This document shows positions 8,366 through 17,292 of a stretch of 64,000 nucleotides of DNA, piece after piece. Position numbers and translations under genes: made by a program. Source of the stretch: Verrucomicrobiia bacterium (GTDB lineage: Bacteria; Verrucomicrobiota; Verrucomicrobiia; Limisphaerales; UBA1100). The DNA lies in NCBI GenBank assembly GCA_014239365.1, contig JAAZZB010000049.1:32641-96640 (forward strand), read 5' to 3'. The notes under the pieces are model-generated. The model saw nothing but the letters and a program-made list of their open reading frames with translations. It was not told the DNA's origin and searched no databases. Each line of letters starts with the position of its first letter. The first letter of the stretch is position 1.

Positions 8366-10534
8366 TTAGTCGGTTTTGTATTGGTCGAAAACTTGGATGG
8401 TCGGCGCGCCGGATTTGCGTCCGGCAGAAATATCCTGAAGAGTTTTGGCTTTGATATCCGAATCAATCCAATGAATGTGAAACTCGTATGGCTCGCGACT
8501 TTCCTTCACGTTATAGCCTTCGGGCCACTCCACCCAACGCCAATGCCCGGCGCGATACCACGGCCGCACCCAGCCGGGAATGAAGCTGCCGTGGTCGTGG
8601 ATCATTTCCATCAAACGCTTCGCTTGTCCGGTGAGTTCATCCAAGTCCTCGCTCACGCGATATTTTTCGATGAGATCATCAATATCTTTGTCGGCAAGCA
8701 TACAAAAGTTATTGGTCACCGGCTTGGGCTTCAAACCTTCGCGGAGCTTGCCGTTGGCGTCGTAGCGTTTTTCCTTGGGCTCCTCGTAGGCGTTGTCCGA
8801 ATGGTACGGCTCCCAAAAGCGCGGGGCGATTTCCACGGAAACATTTAGTGCGCCGAGCATAATCTCGTGGTTTTTTTCGCTGATCTTTTTCCACGCGGCA
8901 GTGCGTTCCATAATTTCCACCTCCAACTCCACGCCAGCTTTTTTGGCTTCCTCCTTCAGCACCGTCATCACGTCCTCCAACCGCTTGTACGGAGTGGTGA
9001 AAGTGAAGGACAACCGCTTGCCACCGGCGTTCATCAGAATGCCATCCGCGCCGGTGCGGGTGTAGCCGGCCTTGGCGAAATGTTCCTTGGCCTTTTCCAC
9101 CGAGAACGGCCGCGCTTTGAGGGTCGGATGACTGCGCGGGCCGTAGCCATCGGCCACGGTATTCATTCGCACGTAATCGCCACGAAATACTTTGGCAATC
9201 ACCACGTCAAAATTCATCGCGTAGTTGAGGCCCACGCGCACGTCGGGATTGCGCAGCACCGAGTGACTTGAATTAACCCGCAACGCCCACGTGGGCCGCG
9301 GAACGTCATTGTAAAACTGCACCTTGTGCACGTAGCCATTGGTCACCAGCTTGTGGTCGTTGGGCAGTTTCTCGTACCAAAATTCGGGCAACCCCAGCCC
9401 GTGCCAGTCCAGCTCGCCCTTCAGAAACAGCTCAAACACTTTGGCCGGATCGCGCACTACACTCACCTTCACCGCTTCCGGGTTGAAACGATTTCGATAG
9501 AATTTCTTTTTATCCGCCCACCAATCCGGCACGCGGGTGAGCGTGATGGACTTGCCTTTCTCCACGTTTTCCGTGCGCACTTCGTATGGGCCGGTGTTGG
9601 GCTCGAACTTGAACTGGAAATCCTCCACAAACTGCTCGTCCAATTCGCTGTAAAAATGTTCCGGAATAGGCCGCACCCCGGCGATGCGCTCGATCACATC
9701 CGGTTTGGCTTTGTAATAAGTAATCGAAATCGTGTGCTCATCGTAAAGGGTGATGTTCGGAAATTTTTCTTTGCTGAAAAAGTCGTTGTACCACGGCCCT
9801 TTGATGTGCTCGCTGCGGAAAAAATACAGCGAGAAAAAATAATCCGTGGCTCGCACCGGCTCGCCATCCGAATAGCGCGCGTCCGGATCCAACCGGAAAT
9901 ACACCGTCTTGCGATCCGCGCTGTACGCCCATTCCTTGGCCAAGCCGGGGTGATAGCCATCGCCATTGGGATGAGCCATCACGAGGTAAACCGAATTGTA
10001 ATCCAGCATTCGGCTGCGAAACGAACCGCTGGCGTCCGGCCCCACCAACCGCAACGTGCGCGGGAAATCAGCCATATATTCATGAAACGTGCCGCCGCGC
10101 TTGGCCTTGGGACTGGCGAATTCTTTCAGTTCACTGCCGTGTTCCCACTGCAAATTCGCGGGCAAATCCGCCGGAGTCGCCACCACGAACGCCTTCGGAT
10201 TCGCATCGTAAAAGTCCTGCACTTCCTCCGCGCTATTCAACTCCACCGCCGCGCCGGCTGGCGGTGCGGGATTGACCGGATTAGTTCCGCCTCCGCCCGC
10301 GGGCAAGGTGATGTTTTGCTTGGCCAGTTCGCGGGCGAATTCGCGGGCAAACTCCCGGGCCAATTCGCGCGCGAATGCTTTGTCCACCCCGCCAGCGGGT
10401 GCGGCGGGTTGCGTGCCGGTGCCGGCATCAGCGGGGCGCTTGAGTTTTTTCTCGTTGCAACCGGTGAGGGCCAGCAGCGCGACGGCCAAAAATAGGCCGG
10501 TCCTTTTGAATAGTGTTTTGGATAGTGTTTTCAT
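8366..10534 (-). CDS. ABC transporter substrate-binding lipoprotein, family 5 (peptide/YejA-like)
   Basis: 722 aa with a lipobox LLALTG/C. SBP_bac_5-type stretch [41 protein letters not shown]. It sits between the permease and ATPase genes. Confidence 0.85.
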   Translation of the reverse strand: MKTLSKTLFKRTGLFLAVALLALTGCNEKKLKRPADAGTGTQPAAPAGGVDKAFARELAREFAREFARELAKQNITLPAGGGGTNPVNPAPPAGAAVELNSAEEVQDFYDANPKAFVVATPADLPANLQWEHGSELKEFASPKAKRGGTFHEYMADFPRTLRLVGPDASGSFRSRMLDYNSVYLVMAHPNGDGYHPGLAKEWAYSADRKTVYFRLDPDARYSDGEPVRATDYFFSLYFFRSEHIKGPWYNDFFSKEKFPNITLYDEHTISITYYKAKPDVIERIAGVRPIPEHFYSELDEQFVEDFQFKFEPNTGPYEVRTENVEKGKSITLTRVPDWWADKKKFYRNRFNPEAVKVSVVRDPAKVFELFLKGELDWHGLGLPEFWYEKLPNDHKLVTNGYVHKVQFYNDVPRPTWALRVNSSHSVLRNPDVRVGLNYAMNFDVVIAKVFRGDYVRMNTVADGYGPRSHPTLKARPFSVEKAKEHFAKAGYTRTGADGILMNAGGKRLSFTFTTPYKRLEDVMTVLKEEAKKAGVELEVEIMERTAAWKKISEKNHEIMLGALNVSVEIAPRFWEPYHSDNAYEEPKEKRYDANGKLREGLKPKPVTNNFCMLADKDIDDLIEKYRVSEDLDELTGQAKRLMEMIHDHGSFIPGWVRPWYRAGHWRWVEWPEGYNVKESREPYEFHIHWIDSDIKAKTLQDISAGRKSGAPTIQVFDQYKTD

Positions 10535-10536
10535 AA

Positions 10537-11895
10537 TTATTCGTAGGTTGTAAATTTCTTGGGATCAAACGCTTCGCGCACGCCTTCGCCGATGAAGGTG
10601 ACCAACGTGAGCACCAGCACCATCGCCGCAAAAGCCGAGAGCACGATCCACGGCGCGTGCAGATTCGCCACGCCCTGCTGCAGCAGCTCGCCCCAACTCG
10701 GCGTGGGCTTGGGCAAACCGAAGTTCAAATAATCCAGCGCAGTGATGGATATAATCGCCGTGGCCACGGTGAATGGCATAAAGGTGACCATCGTGGAAAT
10801 GGTGTTGGGCAGCAAGTGATTAAACAAAATGCGCGGCGTGCTCGCACCCAATAACTGCGCCGCCGCCACGTAGTCGCGCGCCTTTTCGCGGTACACCGCC
10901 GTGCGCATATAATAGGTCATACTCGTCCAGCTAAACACCACCATGATGGCCAGAAGCACAAGAATTTTGAACCACGCCGGCAACGTAAACGGCAAGTCGC
11001 TCACTGCCGCCACCACGATGATGACCATATAAAGAAACGGAATGTTCTGCCACACCTCCACCGCGCGCTGCCCCGCGAGATCCACCCAACCCCCGAAGTA
11101 ACCCATCAGACATCCGACCACCACGCCGATCAAATACACCATCAGCATAAACACCAGCGCGAAAATCATCGTAATGCGGAAGCCATAAAACAGCCGCGCC
11201 AACACATCGCGCCCCGTGCGATCGGTGCCGAGGTAATGTTGCATCCCCGCATCGGGCGCGGCCGGATGCAACAGGCCCTCGCGAAAATCATTTTCGTATT
11301 CGTTGAAAGGCACGAGCGGCATCAGCACCCAGTTGCCTTTTTTTTGTTTGGCAAAGTCTTCTTTCAATTCGCGGTAGTTTACCTCGAACGTATAATCCTG
11401 CCCCGAGCGATCTTTTTGAAAACCAAATTCCTTGCCCGTGTGCGTTCGCGCAAAGGGCGAGACGGGGCAATACAGTTTCCCCTCATAGCTCACCAACAAT
11501 GCGCGGTTGTTGACCAGCAACTCGCCGAGCAACGAACAGCCAAACGCCCCGAGCAACAGCAGAAATGAAATGTACCCGCGCTTGATGGAATAAAACCGCT
11601 TGAGCTTGCGGCGGGTCTGCGGATTGAACCGCGACCGCGCACCCCAAACCAATCCGGCCACCGCGCCGAGGGCGCCCAAAATCATGAAGCCCTTCTTGAC
11701 GCCGGCAATCACGCCCGCGCCCGGCTCGGCGGACTCCATCAGCCATCCCCCCAACGGCGCGCCCAACACCCCTCCGAGAAATCCGCCCACGGCAAACCCC
11801 GAGGCCAGCCCCACCAACAACAACACGGCAATCTCCCAGCGCGCGCGGGGCGATTGAGCGGATTCGGGTTGGTCAGTCGCCGGTTGCATCATCAA
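10537..11895 (-). CDS. ABC transporter permease (OppC/YejE-like)
   Basis: 452 aa and polytopic. The EAA-loop region reads AAAQLLGASTPRILFNHLLPNTISTMVTFMPF. It has a long N-terminal extension with a G-rich TM segment. Confidence 0.85.
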   Translation of the reverse strand: MMMQPATDQPESAQSPRARWEIAVLLLVGLASGFAVGGFLGGVLGAPLGGWLMESAEPGAGVIAGVKKGFMILGALGAVAGLVWGARSRFNPQTRRKLKRFYSIKRGYISFLLLLGAFGCSLLGELLVNNRALLVSYEGKLYCPVSPFARTHTGKEFGFQKDRSGQDYTFEVNYRELKEDFAKQKKGNWVLMPLVPFNEYENDFREGLLHPAAPDAGMQHYLGTDRTGRDVLARLFYGFRITMIFALVFMLMVYLIGVVVGCLMGYFGGWVDLAGQRAVEVWQNIPFLYMVIIVVAAVSDLPFTLPAWFKILVLLAIMVVFSWTSMTYYMRTAVYREKARDYVAAAQLLGASTPRILFNHLLPNTISTMVTFMPFTVATAIISITALDYLNFGLPKPTPSWGELLQQGVANLHAPWIVLSAFAAMVLVLTLVTFIGEGVREAFDPKKFTTYE

Positions 11896-13565
11896 TTAAA
11901 CCGCACGCGCGGATCCACCAACGCCACGAGGATATCCGAAATAATATTGCCGATGAGCATCAACGTGGCCGAAAGCAAAAAGATGCCCATCACCACAGGG
12001 ATGTCGCGATCCAGCACGGACTTGAACCCGAGCAGCCCAAACCCATCGATGTCAAAAATAGTTTCAATCAAAAAACTGCCCGCCACGAAGATGGTAATTT
12101 GGTGCCCAAGATTGGTGGCCAACGGAATCAGTGAATTGCGCAACGCGTGCCGCCGCACCGCCTGACTAAACGGAACCCCTTTGGCAATCGCCGTGCGCAT
12201 GTAATCGGCCGAGAGATTATCCATCAAATGATTTTTCATCAGCATCGTCACAAACGCAAAGCTGCCCACCAAATAACAACACAACGGCAACACCGCGTGC
12301 CACGCGAGATCCTTCACTTGCGTCCAGCGCGGCGTGTGGCGTTTCATGCGAATTTCCGTGGCCGCCGCCTCTGCCCGAAAAGGCGCCGCGCCTTCGCTCC
12401 AAACAGGCAACAAGCGAAACGAATTTGCATCCACCACCTCCGCGTAATAAGCCGTATCCACCGCCAACACCGGCGTGGCTTTGGGCAGCTGGCCTTCCAG
12501 CCAAACTTCCTCGCCATTGCTCAGCCCGTGATTGGGCGCGTGCCATTCGCTGGAGCCGGCCGACACGTTAAGTTGTTTCACCGGCGTGTCGTGAAAATTT
12601 TCGCTGGTGAATCCACTCGTGGGAAACACCTCCCAACGCGCCGCAAGAAACACCATCATCAACGCCCCCAACACATACCCCGGAATGGCGTAGCCCATAA
12701 AAATGAAGACCGACGTGCCGTTGTCGAACCACGTGTTATGCCGCATCGCCTTGGCGATGCCGAGCGGTACGCACACCAAAAAGGTAATCAGAAAAGTCAG
12801 CAGCCCATAGAAAGTGGAAACCGGCAACCGCTCGAGCATCACCGTGGACACCGGCTCGCCGTGGCGAAAGGATTTGCCGAGGTCGCCCTGCAACACGCCC
12901 GCGTAGCGCGTGCGATAAATTTCCGCTTTGGGCAGGGCATCCGGATCATCCGAAGGCGGCTCGCGCATCCGCACTTTCCAATTCACCATCAACGCATCGG
13001 GATTGGTGATGCGCACGCCACCTGCACCATCGCGCGCCAGATGCACCCGCTCGCGGGCACGTTCGATTTCCGCTTCGGGACGGTCCGCCTCCAGCCCGTC
13101 AATTTGCCCGTCGCGATTAGTATCCAGTTGATCGAACTTCACGTACGACGCCAACCCGTCCGGCACCTCCGCGCGTTGCACATAGCCATCGCCATCCCAA
13201 TCCAGTTCAGCCACGTGAAAGGGCGGAATCCGCATCCGCGCATTGGCCTTCGTTTCTCCATCCTTGAATTCCACATTGCGGCGATTCAACTCGCGCGGCT
13301 TGAGCCCCAGCCAAATCACGTACGCCTCAAGAATGGGTTTGTCGTAGCCGTACAACTCCTTCATTTGCTGAAGCTGTTCCTCGCTCATCGCCAGCCCGCC
13401 CTCGGTGGAGCCGCCGCCGCCTTCCAGCGAAACCTGCTGCATCTCCATCATCGCCTGTTCCAACGGCCCGCCGGGAGCGATGCGGGTGATGCAAAAAACA
13501 ATCACCGTAATCACCAACAACGTGGGGAAAAGCAGTAACAGTCGTCTGAGGAAATATTCGCGCAT
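11892..13565 (-). CDS. ABC transporter permease (OppB/YejB-like) with large loop insertions
   Basis: 557 aa. EAA-loop region YMRTAIAKGVPFSQAVRRHALRNSLIPLATNLG, and a 4-nt overlap with the next permease. About 190 extra residues sit after TM1, including two canonical EF-hand loops. Confidence 0.85.
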   Translation of the reverse strand: MREYFLRRLLLLFPTLLVITVIVFCITRIAPGGPLEQAMMEMQQVSLEGGGGSTEGGLAMSEEQLQQMKELYGYDKPILEAYVIWLGLKPRELNRRNVEFKDGETKANARMRIPPFHVAELDWDGDGYVQRAEVPDGLASYVKFDQLDTNRDGQIDGLEADRPEAEIERARERVHLARDGAGGVRITNPDALMVNWKVRMREPPSDDPDALPKAEIYRTRYAGVLQGDLGKSFRHGEPVSTVMLERLPVSTFYGLLTFLITFLVCVPLGIAKAMRHNTWFDNGTSVFIFMGYAIPGYVLGALMMVFLAARWEVFPTSGFTSENFHDTPVKQLNVSAGSSEWHAPNHGLSNGEEVWLEGQLPKATPVLAVDTAYYAEVVDANSFRLLPVWSEGAAPFRAEAAATEIRMKRHTPRWTQVKDLAWHAVLPLCCYLVGSFAFVTMLMKNHLMDNLSADYMRTAIAKGVPFSQAVRRHALRNSLIPLATNLGHQITIFVAGSFLIETIFDIDGFGLLGFKSVLDRDIPVVMGIFLLSATLMLIGNIISDILVALVDPRVRFN

Positions 13566-13670
13566 AGGCCGGATCGTGCGGGCGGCCAGATTGCCAGAGC
13601 CGCGCCGGATTGCCAGTCAAATCTAAGCAATGGATGGACAGAGCGCGGGCATTCGGCCACATTCGCGGCG

Positions 13671-14516
13671 ATGACGAAGTTGACCCTCGGCCATTCGCCC
13701 GATCCGGACGATGCCTTTATGTTTTACGCCCTCGCGGAAGGGCTCATTGATACGCGCGGGTACGCGTTTGAGCACATCCTGCAGGACATCCAAACGCTCA
13801 ACGAACGCGCCACGCGCGGCGAGCTGGACATCACCGCCATCAGCATCCACGCCTATCCCTCGGTGTGCGTCGATTACGCCCTCCTCCCCAGCGGCGCGAG
13901 TATGGGCGATGGCTACGGGCCGATGCTGGTGGCCAAAGAAAAAATTCCGCGCGATGAGATTGCCACCAAAAAAGTCGCCATCCCCGGCGAGATGACCAGC
14001 GCCTTCCTCGCATTGCAATTGTGGCTGGGGAAATCGAAGGCCGAGATTGATTACCTTGTCGTGCCCTTTGATGAAATTTTCCAAACCGTCAAAGCCGGCA
14101 CCGCCGATGTCGGCCTCATCATTCACGAAGGCCAGCTCACTTACGAAAATGAAGGACTCGTTTGCTGCCAGGATTTCGGCGTGTGGTGGGGCGAAGAAAA
14201 CGATGGCCTGCCGATGCCGCTCGGCGGCAATGTGATTCACAAACGCATCCCCGCCGACGAACGCAAAGTCATCAGCGATCTGCTCACCGAAAGCATCCAG
14301 TACAGCCTCGACCATCGCCCCGAAGCCGTCGCCCACGCGCTGCAATACGCCCGCGATATGGGCATGGAATTGGCCGATCAATTCGTGGGGATGTACGTCA
14401 ACCATTGGACGCTCGATTACGGCGACAAAGGCCGCGACACCATCACACGTTTCCTCGCCCAAGCCCACGAAGCAGGGCTGATCGATCACCGACCAGAATT
14501 AGAATTCGTGGAGTAA
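13671..14516 (+). CDS. MqnA/MqnD/SBP-family protein (futalosine-pathway-like periplasmic-binding fold)
   Basis: 281 aa. The N-terminus LTLGHSPDPDDAFMFYALAEG...GELDITAISIHAY resembles the VitK2-biosynthesis (MqnA/MqnD) family. The exact member is not resolved. Confidence 0.55.
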   Translation: MTKLTLGHSPDPDDAFMFYALAEGLIDTRGYAFEHILQDIQTLNERATRGELDITAISIHAYPSVCVDYALLPSGASMGDGYGPMLVAKEKIPRDEIATKKVAIPGEMTSAFLALQLWLGKSKAEIDYLVVPFDEIFQTVKAGTADVGLIIHEGQLTYENEGLVCCQDFGVWWGEENDGLPMPLGGNVIHKRIPADERKVISDLLTESIQYSLDHRPEAVAHALQYARDMGMELADQFVGMYVNHWTLDYGDKGRDTITRFLAQAHEAGLIDHRPELEFVE

Positions 14517-14517
14517 G

Positions 14518-14546
14518 GCAGGGACGCACACAGCGTGTCCCTACCA
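14518..14546. repeat. REP-like element (GGGACGC...GCGTGTCCCTACC family)
   Basis: GGCAGGGACGCACACAGCGTGTCCCTACC. A longer copy at 53833-53882 shares the right end GCGTGTCCCTACCAAAACC. Confidence 0.5.
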
Positions 14547-14555
14547 AAACCAAAA

Positions 14556-15740
14556 ATGAACTACCGGCGCTTTGGCAAAACGGATTTGGAGATGCCGGTG
14601 TTCTCCTGTGGGGGGATGCGGTATCAGCATAAGTGGAGCGACATCGAATGGAGCGAGGTGCCGGAGGACGGACAGAAAAATCTTGAGGCCACCATTCATC
14701 GCGCGGTTGAAGTCGGCATTAACCACATCGAAACCGCGCGCGGGTATGGCTCATCCGAAATGCAACTCGGGCCGGTGCTCAAAAAATTTCCGCGCGAACA
14801 ACTCATCGTCCAAACCAAAGTCGCGCCCTCGGCCAACCCTCGCGAGTTTCTCGATACCTTCAATCAATCGATGGATTATCTCCAACTCGATTACGTGGAT
14901 TTACTTTCACTGCACGGCATCAACAATCGGGAAATCCTCGATCAGTCGCTTGGCCCCACCGGCTGCGCGGCCGCAGCACGTTGGCTGCAAAAGGAAGGCC
15001 GCGTGCGGCACGTCGGTTTTTCGACGCACGCCACCACCGATTTGATTTTGAAAGCCATCGAGAGCGATGCCTTCGATTACATCAACCTCCATTGGTATTT
15101 TGTAAACGACCTCAACTGGCCCCCCATCGAAGCCGCCGCCGCGCGCGATATGGGCGTCTTCATCATCAGCCCCAACGACAAAGGCGGCAAACTCTACGCC
15201 CCGCCGCCCAAGCTCACTAAACTCTGCGCGCCATTGCATCCGATGCAGTTTAATGACCTCTATTGTTTGAACCGACCCGAAGTGCACACTTTAAGCTGCG
15301 GCGCGGCCAAGCCTTCGGATTTCAACTGCCATCTCGCCGCGTTGGAACATTATGACGCAATGGAATCCGCAATCGATCCCATTGAAACCAAACTGCGCGC
15401 GGCACTGGAAGAAGCCCACGGCGCAGACTGGTGCGCCCGTTGGCCCGAAGGCTTGCCGCATTATGTAGACGTGCCGGGCGAGGTAAACCTCACGGAAATT
15501 CTTCGCCTGTGGACGTACGCCAAAGGGCTGGATTTAGTCGATTGGGGCAAAATGCGCTACAATCTGCTGGGCCAAGCCGACCATTGGTTTCCGGGCGAAC
15601 ACGTTGGAAAACTAAACAAAAACGGACTGACCGAGGCCATCCAAAAAAGCCCCTTTGCCGATCGCATCCCCGGCATACTCGCCGAAACTCACGCGCTGTT
15701 GCACGATGCGGAGCAGAAACGACAAAGCGAATCAGAATAA
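14556..15740 (+). CDS. aldo/keto reductase family oxidoreductase
   Basis: Start chosen at MNYRRFGKTDLEMPVFSCGGMRY. Typical AKR stretches are INHIETARGYGSSE and DYVDLLSLHG. Confidence 0.8.
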   Translation: MNYRRFGKTDLEMPVFSCGGMRYQHKWSDIEWSEVPEDGQKNLEATIHRAVEVGINHIETARGYGSSEMQLGPVLKKFPREQLIVQTKVAPSANPREFLDTFNQSMDYLQLDYVDLLSLHGINNREILDQSLGPTGCAAAARWLQKEGRVRHVGFSTHATTDLILKAIESDAFDYINLHWYFVNDLNWPPIEAAAARDMGVFIISPNDKGGKLYAPPPKLTKLCAPLHPMQFNDLYCLNRPEVHTLSCGAAKPSDFNCHLAALEHYDAMESAIDPIETKLRAALEEAHGADWCARWPEGLPHYVDVPGEVNLTEILRLWTYAKGLDLVDWGKMRYNLLGQADHWFPGEHVGKLNKNGLTEAIQKSPFADRIPGILAETHALLHDAEQKRQSESE

Positions 15741-15792
15741 ATATAGGCTAAAAATGGTTGAATTTAGAAACGGTTTGGGTAGTTTTGCCGAT

Positions 15793-16665
15793 ATGAAAAT
15801 TTCCGGAATTGCACTTTGCCTGTCCTCGTTGCTGCTAATTGGCTGTGGCGGGGACGACGGGGATTCGGATATCAGCACCACCAAATTTGGCAAAGGCAAA
15901 GGAGGCCCTGCCGTCACTCAAACGAACGTGACCCAAACGGTCACCAACGCCCCAACGGATCTCAGCACACTGAAATTTGTGCGACGCACTAATACCACCA
16001 CCGTCGTGACTTCCGAAGCCACCTTTGTGGCCACCAACGTGGTACTGGTTTTTTTTAAGGATAAAGCGCACTTTCAAAAAAAAGAAGGATTCACCGGCCC
16101 CACAGTGATGCACTCGACCAACGGCGCCCAATCCTTTCTCTCAATGAAAAACGGTTTGCGGGATGGGCTTTGCCGGTTCACTTATCCATCCGGAAAAACA
16201 AAATTCCGGGTAAACTATTCGAAGGGGTTGAAAAACGGTTGGGCGCTGGGTTTGTATGAAACGGGCAAGCGCCGAAGCCGTGCCTATTACACCAATAATT
16301 TTCGCGCCGGCCCGTGGTTCACATATCACCCGAATGGAATGACCAATACGGTGGTGGTGTACTCGCCCAAGAAGCTTGGCACGGTGCTGCGGCGGGCGGC
16401 CTTTGATCCGAACGGCAAGCCGCTGGTTGGCCGAACATTCCCCTGGCAAGTGGGCGGCACGGATGCCAGCAAACAGATCACGAGTTATCGCAGCCAACCG
16501 GCGCGGGTATTGATCACGGTGTTTGGCGATCCGGATCGAAAGACCGGCAATCTTTGGATTTATAACAAGCTGCGGATTCGGGATATGAAAGCGCGGATGA
16601 TCCGGCACACGGTGCAATTCACGGTGGTGAATACCGTGGTGACCGCAGTGGAAGTGTTGCCCTAA
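15793..16665 (+). CDS. lipoprotein with MORN-variant (YwqK-like) repeats
   Basis: Signal and lipobox MKISGIALCLSSLLLIG/CGG. Repeated G-x-x-x-G-x-W-x-x-Y units are present (NGLRDGLCRFTYPSGK, KGLKNGWALGLYETGK, FRAGPWFTYHPNG). An alternative start lies at 15754. Confidence 0.55.
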   Translation: MKISGIALCLSSLLLIGCGGDDGDSDISTTKFGKGKGGPAVTQTNVTQTVTNAPTDLSTLKFVRRTNTTTVVTSEATFVATNVVLVFFKDKAHFQKKEGFTGPTVMHSTNGAQSFLSMKNGLRDGLCRFTYPSGKTKFRVNYSKGLKNGWALGLYETGKRRSRAYYTNNFRAGPWFTYHPNGMTNTVVVYSPKKLGTVLRRAAFDPNGKPLVGRTFPWQVGGTDASKQITSYRSQPARVLITVFGDPDRKTGNLWIYNKLRIRDMKARMIRHTVQFTVVNTVVTAVEVLP

Positions 16666-16675
16666 AAAGGCCGCG

Positions 16676-17251
16676 CTACTTTTTCTTGGGAGCGACCTTG
16701 CCCGGGTCGTTAACGTTCAATTGCGCCAGCACTTGGTTGGTGATATCCAGATCGGCGTCGGAAAATAAAAGGGCCTTGGAATCGACCACCACAGTAAAGC
16801 CACCCTTCTTGGCTTGAGCAGAGATGACCGCCAAAATTTCTTCGCGGATTTTAGAAGTAGCTATGCGATCTTTCTCCATCAGATCTTTTTCCTGCGAAGC
16901 TTTCCACATTTTCAGCGTTTTCCCGCTTTGTTCGAACACCTTTCTTTTGGCCTCGAATTGCTGCCGATGGCGCGCCAGTGCGGCCTGATTCAGATTGGGG
17001 TTCTGCAAAACCTTTTGCATATTTTGCAATTCAGTTAACAAATCCGTCTGTTTTTTCTCCTGAGCGGCCACGCGTTTTTTCACATCGTTCACGGCTTCCT
17101 TCAGGCGCTTGTCTTCCACGGTGGTGCGCCAGTAGCCTTTGAAGATTTTCTCGACGTTGACGGTTGCCATTTTTTGCTCCACGGCGGCGGAGGCGCGGGC
17201 GGGCGAGAGGATTGCGGTGGCCAGTAAAAGTGCGATGAGTGTTTGTTTCAT
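16676..17251 (-). CDS. skp: OmpH/Skp-family periplasmic chaperone
   Basis: 191 aa with a signal peptide and a long K/E/Q-rich coiled region. It lies immediately downstream of bamA, as in the conserved bamA-skp arrangement. Confidence 0.75.
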   Translation of the reverse strand: MKQTLIALLLATAILSPARASAAVEQKMATVNVEKIFKGYWRTTVEDKRLKEAVNDVKKRVAAQEKKQTDLLTELQNMQKVLQNPNLNQAALARHRQQFEAKRKVFEQSGKTLKMWKASQEKDLMEKDRIATSKIREEILAVISAQAKKGGFTVVVDSKALLFSDADLDITNQVLAQLNVNDPGKVAPKKK

Positions 17252-17292
17252 AATACTAAGTTGTTTTTTTTATTAGAATAAATCGGAATATA

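Noticed and set aside
12147-13538. A 463-aa ORF on the plus strand, opposite the ABC permease gene. Similar long antisense ORFs lie at 9326-10495, 17728-19269, 39636-40604, 51487-52599 and 54071-54997.
   Set aside because: They lie exactly antisense to genes with strong family motifs. They have extreme R/H/A/G/P-rich low-complexity composition and no recognisable domains. This is the usual shadow-ORF effect of high-GC DNA with C-ending codons.
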